Virus record (IMG/VR): IMGVR_UViG_3300009314_000003
Location: 83,989-147,988 of that record
DNA from: a virus
Direction: 5' to 3' (one strand)
DNA length: 64,000 nt
In this document: positions 58,701-64,000 of the stretch, piece after piece
Layout: every line of letters starts with the position of its first letter
How positions within the stretch are numbered: the stretch's first letter is position 1
Program-made: the position numbers and the translations under genes
Notes under the pieces: generated by a model
Database searches by the model: none
Seen by the model: the letters and a program-made list of their open reading frames with translations, nothing else
Told to the model about the DNA's origin: nothing

Positions 58701-59964
58701 CATTCTTAGGCTCATTTGTATATACATAGCCGTCACCTTGTAGGTAACCGATGAACCAAGCCATGTCTGTATCAAGTTCTGGAATAGCAATATCAACGCA
58801 CGTTGTAGAGTTAGTTGGTTTTTGATAAGACCAAGACGGAAGTTTGGTCAAATGTCCTTCTACTTCATGTTTTGGAAATACCAACCTATCTCCGGATGAA
58901 ATATTCGCAGCGCACTTCCAGGTATATTTACCCGGAGCTTCCAATACAGCTAATTTATGGGCCCCAGTACAAGATAATATTCCCAGTTGGGTGTGAATAT
59001 CAATTAATTTCTGGTCACCTTGTTCTATAAGTTCCGATACAGTGGCAACTCCATCTGAAGTATAAACAGTTGTACCGGGGATTACATCTTGGATAGGAAT
59101 TAATCCATTCTTACAATGAACTAATGTATCTTTAGGCAAACAGCGTCTAATATTCCCACTTACAACGCAGCGACCAATAAGATTCATAATATCAACAATC
59201 GTAGTAATCGAAATAAGGTTGCCGGTGTTTCTTTCTAGCACGCCAATAATAGATTTGTGCAACTCAGTTAGTGGAGCAGAGCCAGAACTAACGCCACCAA
59301 AACCCTTAATGGCCTCGCCGGCAGGTCTGATCTCACTGTAATCAAAGTTCCAACTGCGTGTATTATCAAAGTATGACTCTAGCAAAAGCCTGACAGATTT
59401 TACCCAACCCTCACGGGTGTCTGGGATAATGTATGTCTCCGACTCTAAATCTTTGTTTGGGCCTTTGATAACAACCTTACCTGCACCCAATGTGTCAAAT
59501 CCTACACCAATGCCAATCATAGAGGCATCCATAGTAAAGCAGAATGGATATACAGGGTCTTCCTTTAAAGCTTCGGTTGAAATGAAGGCACAGTTGAAGA
59601 GACAACCAAAAAGGCCTTTCTCCTCAGTTAAGATACTACCCATATGTTGGAGTCCCCTGCCGGGCGGTAGAAACTTCATCTGAAATATCCGATTATACAT
59701 GTCCTGGGCCGACCACTGCGCCTTTTGTGGATTCCAGCCCAAGTTGTATTTCTCGATGTGTCTCTTCTGCATATTGTAAATACCATTTACCACGCGGGCC
59801 GCCGTCTCCCACCAACGCTCATTCTCTTTATTTTCCTTTAGCCTGCTGTATGTTCTTAAGTAAACAACCTCACCGAGACCATTAAATCCCCACCCGGGGC
59901 TCTTCCACTTATACTTCTGCAAGAAGTTATCACTTAGCCTAAATGTTTTATCATCCTTCGTCAT
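55795..59964 (-). CDS. nrdJ: class II (B12-dependent, RTPR-like) ribonucleotide reductase with two inteins
   Basis: YLRTYSR, FLPPGRGL, FNC, NP|CGE, ELCNLVE, VKPSGSVSLLAG, C-terminal CDGDAC; 660 aa after removing the inteins. Confidence 0.95.
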   Translation of the reverse strand: MTKDDKTFRLSDNFLQKYKWKSPGWGFNGLGEVVYLRTYSRLKENKENERWWETAARVVNGIYNMQKRHIEKYNLGWNPQKAQWSAQDMYNRIFQMKFLPPGRGLQHMGSILTEEKGLFGCLFNCAFISTEALKEDPVYPFCFTMDASMIGIGVGFDTLGAGKVVIKGPNKDLESETYIIPDTREGWVKSVRLLLESYFDNTRSWNFDYSEIRPAGEAIKGFGGVSSGSAPLTELHKSIIGVLERNTGNLISITTIVDIMNLIGRCVVSGNIRRCLPKDTLVHCKNGLIPIQDVIPGTTVYTSDGVATVSELIEQGDQKLIDIHTQLGILSCTGAHKLAVLEAPGKYTWKCAANISSGDRLVFPKHEVEGHLTKLPSWSYQKPTNSTTCVDIAIPELDTDMAWFIGYLQGDGYVYTNEPKNGFNAHISIACPGDEYGMHHKVRSQILRFGTKINEVKPSSKDGSIKIRSQSKQLALYLSQIKKPNEPMRVPDFIMQGRPKIRAAYLAGLFDADGGCKTRPLNAVTSVYHVFLREVQSVYASLGIPTRLKDGTFPSRNDSWQDIFNLNVVGPIAESVFEDKVAEYAIKYRIQTKGLKCSQHDYGYPTEWLKQDKQLMKGFRSRSGTLSCKQIVTSAYDHYSDETTTLIPIEVIKIELTGKVLPTYDISVPGANEFIIQDGLLVHNSALLSLGPCNKDEYLDLKNYDINPYRESFGWSSNNSVVVRPGIDYGPICDRIRRNGEPGLVWLDNMRDYGLMNNGRTREDSRVMGCNPCVTGDTLISTEAGPKQVSELIGKPFRAIVNSEQYECQTGFFSTGVRNVLRIETKEGYHLRVTDNHKVLRANKVTQKKVYSEWVRAGRLRPGDMLVMNNHRDRNEWEGRGTEGEGYLLGLRVGNGYLTNKIRMTSLCSLAGQFGIHKGHKHLDQGVEYTSSKFHIGFIRGMFDVAGSVQGTHSKGVSIRLSQSDLVTLNVIQRMLLRIGIMSTIYQDRREEGYKYLPDGNGELKKYWTRTNHELVISGDNLALFEQNVGFNHTDKANRLRKLLVGYKRRLNRSRFVVRVASIEPDNMERVYDAVVNKAHAFDANGFVVHNCGEATLEGGGELCNLVEVFPSRHDDIEDMKRTLKYAYLYSKTVTLVNTHWPMSNRVMLRNRRIGCSISGLAQFLAKHSVNELKEWMSTGYETIQYYDKVYSDWLAVPRSIKSTVVKPSGSVSLLAGSTPGIHFPMSRFYVRRVRMAKDSDLLGPIRAAGYKVEKATDGGDTTVVVEFPVDAGKSVRTGRDVSMWEQLSLAALAQRYWADQSVSATVQFDPVTEGPCLKQALEYFQYQLKAVTFLPRIPGGAYKQMPYEEIDEDTYNNMISKLKPLRFGRMKDHEIIPDKFCDGDACEI
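56692..57648 (-). mobile_element. intein 2 (319 aa) at the RNR active-site NP|C, degenerate LAGLIDADG domain
   Basis: Starts CVTGDTLI, block B VTDNHKV, ends FVVHN|C; LAGLIDADG-like motifs LLGLRVGNG and IRGMFDVAG. Confidence 0.9.
57913..59142 (-). mobile_element. intein 1 (410 aa) at GNIRR|S with LAGLIDADG homing endonuclease
   Basis: Starts CLPKDTLV, block B CTGAHKL, motifs FIGYLQGDG and YLAGLFDADG, ends LLVHN|S. Confidence 0.92.
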
Positions 59965-59995
59965 AATATCACATCTCCTCTTATCTTTTCACGCT

Positions 59996-60472
59996 CTACA
60001 CCCCATACTTATTCAACATAAGTTCCATTGCTACCTTGTCTCCTGTGTCCAACTTATCCACGACCTTAAGAAACCTATGGGCCAGAGAGCCAACTGGAAT
60101 GGAGAAAACCTCCCACGCGGTTATTTCGTAGCTTCCATTCGGTTGGAGAACACGTTTCCATTCCTCCACATCATCAGCATCATCACCAGAACGATGGAAA
60201 TAAGCTTCAGTTGGTTTGGTTTGGTTTATTAGTAGATCCAGAGCAAAATCTTGCTCGGGGTACCACTTCACAAAACCGCTTGCCCCAACCGTGTCGCCCT
60301 CTACCCGGGCACCCTCAGCATATACATAATGTTCGTAGCCATCACTGTCCACAACCGGCGCATGGCCACACAGGAGATTCACTATGTCATCTGGAACTCC
60401 GTCTTCATTGGGATAGGAAAGGGTAAGATTTATTGATGAATAATACCCCATATCTACATATCCTCCTTTCAT
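59996..60472 (-). CDS. hypothetical phage protein (start probably MGYYS)
   Basis: MGY.S ... KWY ... GDD..D pattern; GGAGG before the second Met. Confidence 0.65.
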   Translation of the reverse strand: MKGGYVDMGYYSSINLTLSYPNEDGVPDDIVNLLCGHAPVVDSDGYEHYVYAEGARVEGDTVGASGFVKWYPEQDFALDLLINQTKPTEAYFHRSGDDADDVEEWKRVLQPNGSYEITAWEVFSIPVGSLAHRFLKVVDKLDTGDKVAMELMLNKYGV

Positions 60473-61023
60473 ATTAGCCGCATCAACAAATATTGTGCTA
60501 GGCCCACAAAGAAACCAAGTGCAGCACCAGCATTAGTTATACTGGTCAAACTAGATGAGGCAACGTCTTTCACCCGAGTCTCTAGCTCTGAATTAGGTAT
60601 CTTCTTTGCACTTCTATGGACCAGTAACTTGACATCCCTGGGTGTAATAAACCCATCCAGAGAGTTTAGAACTCTATCCAACACGAAGTCGAAGACGACA
60701 CCCCTTACCACCATAGGAACAAGGCGAGAAATCGGATTGCTATCAAGTTCATTCTCGAAGCGGTGACGAAGACGCCTTCTTGTAGTCAGTAACTTTAAAT
60801 GGTGGCGAACTTCTTCTGCGTTGATGAGTTTTGTCATTGACTCGGCAATCTTCTTCTCTAAATCTTCTCTATAACGCGGAATCAAGCCAGGAGTCATCGG
60901 TATGCGCCAACCTAGTATGCTATATGCCCGACGGGGATGAAATAACATTTGGATGGCTACCCAATTAGTACTGTAGCCAATAGTAGCTCCAACCAATGGC
61001 ATTACCAGGATTCCAATGTTCAT
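60469..61023 (-). CDS. DUF445 family membrane protein
   Basis: PLVGATIGYSTNWVAIQMLFHP...PGLIPR and C-terminal ITNAGAALGFFVGLAQ. Confidence 0.85.
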   Translation of the reverse strand: MNIGILVMPLVGATIGYSTNWVAIQMLFHPRRAYSILGWRIPMTPGLIPRYREDLEKKIAESMTKLINAEEVRHHLKLLTTRRRLRHRFENELDSNPISRLVPMVVRGVVFDFVLDRVLNSLDGFITPRDVKLLVHRSAKKIPNSELETRVKDVASSSLTSITNAGAALGFFVGLAQYLLMRLI

Positions 61024-61296
61024 CTACATCTCCTCCTTATTCTCCCTGCGCTTTTCCGACGTAGCCTCGAGAACAGCATTTGCCAGGAGGCCCCGTCCAT
61101 AATAGAGCTTTATTGCATCCATCAAACAGCCAACTAAATCCGAGCGCTCCATATGCCTAAAATGCCGGCTCGCTTCCTCGAGGTGACCTCTTCTACACTT
61201 AAACATTTCTGTTTCTGGATCATAATGCATCTCCTCATAATAATCCCCGTCTATTTGATCACACTCATCACAACAAGCAAATACTACATCTTCCAT
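61024..61296 (-). CDS. hypothetical protein with Cys/His motif
   Basis: CDEC...C..GH; GAGGAG RBS. Confidence 0.6.
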   Translation of the reverse strand: MEDVVFACCDECDQIDGDYYEEMHYDPETEMFKCRRGHLEEASRHFRHMERSDLVGCLMDAIKLYYGRGLLANAVLEATSEKRRENKEEM

Positions 61297-61305
61297 AATA
61301 ATCTA

Positions 61306-61559
61306 TCACTCCTCCTCAAAGTATTCCTCGATCTCTTCCTTTACATCATTTATGTAGCATACAAGATTGTCCTTGGTATCAAGGGTTGTATTTGCAGCAA
61401 GTAATTCATCTTTAATACGCCTCAACAAACGTTCTGCTGGACTCTTCAATGCACTTACTGATGCAAAGTCTAGAGGACTGTCCACAAACTCTGGTAGGTC
61501 CTCTGCAAAACACTTCCCTGCTACATATTCTGCTGCAAGTTCAGGAGTATCAAAGTCAT
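61306..61559 (-). pseudogene. start-less ORF fragment abutting the IS end
   Basis: Open frame DFDTPELAAEYV...EEYFEEE*; joins in frame to KYIESTERN beyond the other IS end. Confidence 0.45.
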
Positions 61560-61589
61560 AAAATTTTAGGCAGGATACCCACTAATTTA

Positions 61590-62087
61590 TTAGTGGGAGG
61601 AATGCCGTACCTCCTCTATTATTCCTATTGTGCAATGTTGTGCTCCTCCGTGAGCAAATACACATAACTTTTTTAATATCGCTTTTCTTTTTTTCCCTAA
61701 AAATGTACTGTGATAACCAAACGATATAACTACCCCATCTGTTTTTAGGATTTGCGGTACTAAGTCAGCAATTTGCTTAAACTTTGAAGTATAATTACCA
61801 TTATACATTTCCATTGCTTTTCTATAAGCATAAGGTGGGTCTAATATTATTGTATCAAAACACATCTTATTCTTTATTGCATATTTTACAAAATCTAAAG
61901 CATCCATCTGAAAATCCTTTAATGCAACATCATCAATATCGTTTCTAATTTCATCAATATTAAGTTTAGTCTTTCCTGCAAATAGATTTAAACACTTACC
62001 TTTACTATTTTCTTCTACCCACTTTTTAATCTTAGGGGATTGAAATGTATATCTCCTTAAATTAGTATTTAACAATTCTAATTCCAT
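61590..62087 (-). CDS. small amino (N6-A/N4-C) DNA methyltransferase
   Basis: Motif I CLNLFAG and motif IV ILDPPY in 165 aa. Confidence 0.8.
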   Translation of the reverse strand: MELELLNTNLRRYTFQSPKIKKWVEENSKGKCLNLFAGKTKLNIDEIRNDIDDVALKDFQMDALDFVKYAIKNKMCFDTIILDPPYAYRKAMEMYNGNYTSKFKQIADLVPQILKTDGVVISFGYHSTFLGKKRKAILKKLCVFAHGGAQHCTIGIIEEVRHSSH

Positions 62088-62645
62088 TTAGAAACCTCCT
62101 AACTTTGTTTGAACAAAGTTTCCTACTTTTTGTTGTGGACTTCCAAATACAGAATATTCAAAGACATCTTTCCCTTCTTGTTCAAGGATATATCTTTTTA
62201 CTGCATCTTGTGAAACGTGTCCTGCACTTCCACAATAATAACCTTTAGCCCAAAGGTTCTTGAATCCTGTTCCGAAGTGCTGTTTATATCCTAAATATTT
62301 GATGTCTTTGAAACATCTTCTTAATTGGATTGAAGTATTGCCTTTAAGTTGCTTAACTATCTTGAAAGGTGTGTGCTTTGGTTTAGCACCAACAAACAAA
62401 TGTATATGGTCTAGCATTACTTCTAACGCTAACATATCTAAATCCATCTGTTCGCATTGTCCTTGAATTATTGTTTTAAGCACTTCTGTCACCTTTCCAG
62501 TTAATACTTTCTTCCGATACTTCGGAATCCAAATGATGTGATAGTTGATGTTGAACTTGCAATGACTTCCAGTTCTGACAGTCGCTATCTTTACGTCTAA
62601 ATTGTATGTAGTTGGGTTGAAATGTGGATATTCGTGTTTTACCAT
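62088..62645 (-). CDS. tnpA: IS200/IS605 Y1 HUH transposase
   Basis: YHIIWIPKYRKKVL, HUH DHIHLFV, LKG, LWAKGYY, VKRYILEQ; GGAGGT RBS before ATG 62645. Confidence 0.95.
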   Translation of the reverse strand: MVKHEYPHFNPTTYNLDVKIATVRTGSHCKFNINYHIIWIPKYRKKVLTGKVTEVLKTIIQGQCEQMDLDMLALEVMLDHIHLFVGAKPKHTPFKIVKQLKGNTSIQLRRCFKDIKYLGYKQHFGTGFKNLWAKGYYCGSAGHVSQDAVKRYILEQEGKDVFEYSVFGSPQQKVGNFVQTKLGGF

Positions 62646-62779
62646 TGAGATTACCTCCACTTGGATAAGGTAATCTCTGGGAAAACCGATATACACTTTT
62701 CTGGAAACTACCGACTTTAGTCGGATTAGAGGATGTCATTTCTCTCCGTACTCTCAATATACTTTTCTTCCTTAGTTTT

Positions 62780-62810
62780 AAAAGCGACGGGGCCTGATAA
62801 GCCACGTCGC
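62780..62810 (-). terminator. intrinsic terminator after csp
   Basis: GCGACGTGGC TTATCAG GCCCCGTCGC followed by TTTT. Confidence 0.6.
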
Positions 62811-62835
62811 CTTCGCAACTACATGCAGGGCCTAA

Positions 62836-63048
62836 TTAGCCAGCTAATTCAACGTTAGTAGCCTGAGGTCCTTTTTCACCGTCGATGATTTCGAATTCAA
62901 CCGTTTCATTCTCTTCTAGGGTACGAAACCCATCACTATTGATTGACGAGAAATGTACGAATACATCGTCGCCGTTCTCTGCAGTGATGAACCCGAAACC
63001 CTTACGGTTATCAAACCATTTAACAGTTCCTGTTTGACGTTCTGACAT
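62836..63048 (-). CDS. cspA: cold-shock protein
   Basis: GTVKWF...KGFGFI...DVFVHFSSI...GPQATNV (RNP1/RNP2). Confidence 0.95.
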   Translation of the reverse strand: MSERQTGTVKWFDNRKGFGFITAENGDDVFVHFSSINSDGFRTLEENETVEFEIIDGEKGPQATNVELAG

Positions 63049-63124
63049 GTTTATTGTCTCCTTGTGTTGTTTGTTGTTTGCTCTTATATCCGGCTTTTTG
63101 TTAAATAAGTCTTTTTGAGATGGT

Positions 63125-63313
63125 CTATAAGGGAACAGACAGGTCCCCCAGCTCCATCTTCACAATTTTTGTTTTTTTCTTATAATATCCAGAATGTATC
63201 CGAATTTGTTCTACCGCATCTTCATGGCTTGTTAATGGATGTCCTAATCCTAAATTATGAACGACAGCCCACAAACCATACCACCGTTTTTTCTCTCCTA
63301 TTAGTTTACACAA
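63125..63313 (-). CDS. small hypothetical protein
   Basis: 62-aa ORF in the operon direction; weak support. Confidence 0.3.
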   Translation of the reverse strand: MCKLIGEKKRWYGLWAVVHNLGLGHPLTSHEDAVEQIRIHSGYYKKKTKIVKMELGDLSVPL

Positions 63314-63519
63314 CAGTGTGTAACGTCAGTTGATTCTTCCTCTCCTATGAACCCGTCAAGTGTTAACTCTCCCAGTTCAGGACCTATATATAGTTCTTCA
63401 AAGTAGTTGCCTTCTGTGTCACTACTGAAGCACATTTTAATTTCCTCTGGGTTATCCACAGACAATGCTAAGTTCTTTATGTAGTTAGCATATTCCCTTA
63501 GTGTAATTACATTACTCAT
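63301..63519 (-). CDS. hypothetical phage protein
   Basis: AAGGAG RBS; SSDTEGNYF motif. Confidence 0.7.
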   Translation of the reverse strand: MSNVITLREYANYIKNLALSVDNPEEIKMCFSSDTEGNYFEELYIGPELGELTLDGFIGEEESTDVTHCCVN

Positions 63520-63668
63520 TTATTGCTCCTTTCTTCATCATTTAATTCTTTAATAATTTCATTTGCTTTTTCATCTGTCTTAACATTTGAAATTATAAAA
63601 TGCTTTTTTTCTTTGATATAAGTATGAAGATTATTGTTTTCATCAATATAATAACTATCTACTTTCAT
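63516..63668 (-). CDS. 50-aa hypothetical protein (not in ORF track)
   Basis: AAGGAG RBS; MKVDSYYIDENNNLHTYIK...; ATGA overlap with the next gene; very AT-rich. Confidence 0.55.
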   Translation of the reverse strand: MKVDSYYIDENNNLHTYIKEKKHFIISNVKTDEKANEIIKELNDEERSNK

Positions 63669-63738
63669 TCTGAATCTCCTTTTAATGCTTGAACTTGTTT
63701 AGATATATTTGTTGTGCCAATCATAATTTCACCTCTCC

Positions 63739-63999
63739 TCATATATGCTCATGTACAAACTCGGCTACCCATTCAGCCGTTTCACTTTCTACCATTGGGT
63801 GAAGCAGGTATGCTCCCACACTCTTCAGAATATCTGCTTTAAAATCCTCTAACATGTAGCTTGGGTCAATGGGCATAGGGTTCTCTTCGTTGTATCGGTC
63901 TATATCTTCTTCGGTAATATCCAGCCCAAAGTATTCGAGGTCGATAACACTCCAAGTAAAAGTATCCATTATAACCCACAACTTCTTTGCTCTGACCAT
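63739..63999 (-). CDS. hypothetical protein, possibly 5'-truncated
   Basis: Acidic 86-aa ORF reaching the window edge. Confidence 0.55.
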   Translation of the reverse strand: MVRAKKLWVIMDTFTWSVIDLEYFGLDITEEDIDRYNEENPMPIDPSYMLEDFKADILKSVGAYLLHPMVESETAEWVAEFVHEHI

Positions 64000-64000
64000 C

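Larger units (their letters stand above)
61560..62739. mobile_element. IS200/IS605-family element: tnpA plus methyltransferase cargo, no tnpB
   Basis: AT-rich block; subterminal hairpins CCCACTAA-TTTA-TTAGTGGG (61578-61597) and CCGAC-TTTA-GTCGG (62711-62724); TCAT at 61556-61559 and 62736-62739. Confidence 0.8.

Noticed and set aside
55795-59964. Self-splicing introns in nrdJ
   Set aside because: The ORF is continuous and both insertions have intein splice junctions (C...HN|S and C...HN|C).
62646-62739. TnpB or an intact omegaRNA in the IS
   Set aside because: No RuvC/Zn-finger ORF, and under 100 bp lies between the tnpA start and the element end.
1-64000. Stop-codon reassignment
   Set aside because: Long ORFs are intact under the standard code and TAA, TAG and TGA all end genes; the split genes involve frame changes, not in-frame stops.

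Overview
This window is a segment of a large (jumbo-type) tailed bacteriophage genome, probably a myovirus. It reads with the standard genetic code and has two converging halves. Positions 1-43005 (+ strand) are a tightly packed virion module: a 2378-aa lytic-transglycosylase/hub-like protein, spike-, gp25- and baseplate-J-like genes, and a paralogous series of baseplate-like structural proteins. They also hold a PKD/Ig-repeat adhesin, FN3, LamG and Ig-like fibre genes, a spanin-like gene and a PD-(D/E)XK nuclease. Positions 43073-64000 (- strand) are an early/auxiliary module: a broken chimeric tRNA, holin-like gene, sigma54-preceded Hsp20, Holliday-junction resolvase-like gene, SLOG protein, vWA/MoxR-AAA pair, DnaX, WGR, RecD2, XRE regulator, class II RNR with two inteins, DUF445 and CspA. 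This half also carries an IS200/IS605 element with a DNA methyltransferase and no TnpB. The most unusual signal is a set of exact short-patch DNA copies concentrated in and around the adhesin gene: a 39-bp inverted copy from 16 kb away placed in frame, a 59-bp direct repeat that bounds a cleanly excisable 6975-bp two-gene cassette, and patchwork repeat units. Related scars elsewhere include split structural genes and a tRNA-Pro/tRNA-fMet hybrid. All coordinates and alignments were read by eye and all product calls are motif-based; no searches were run. Assembly artefacts cannot be excluded without reads.
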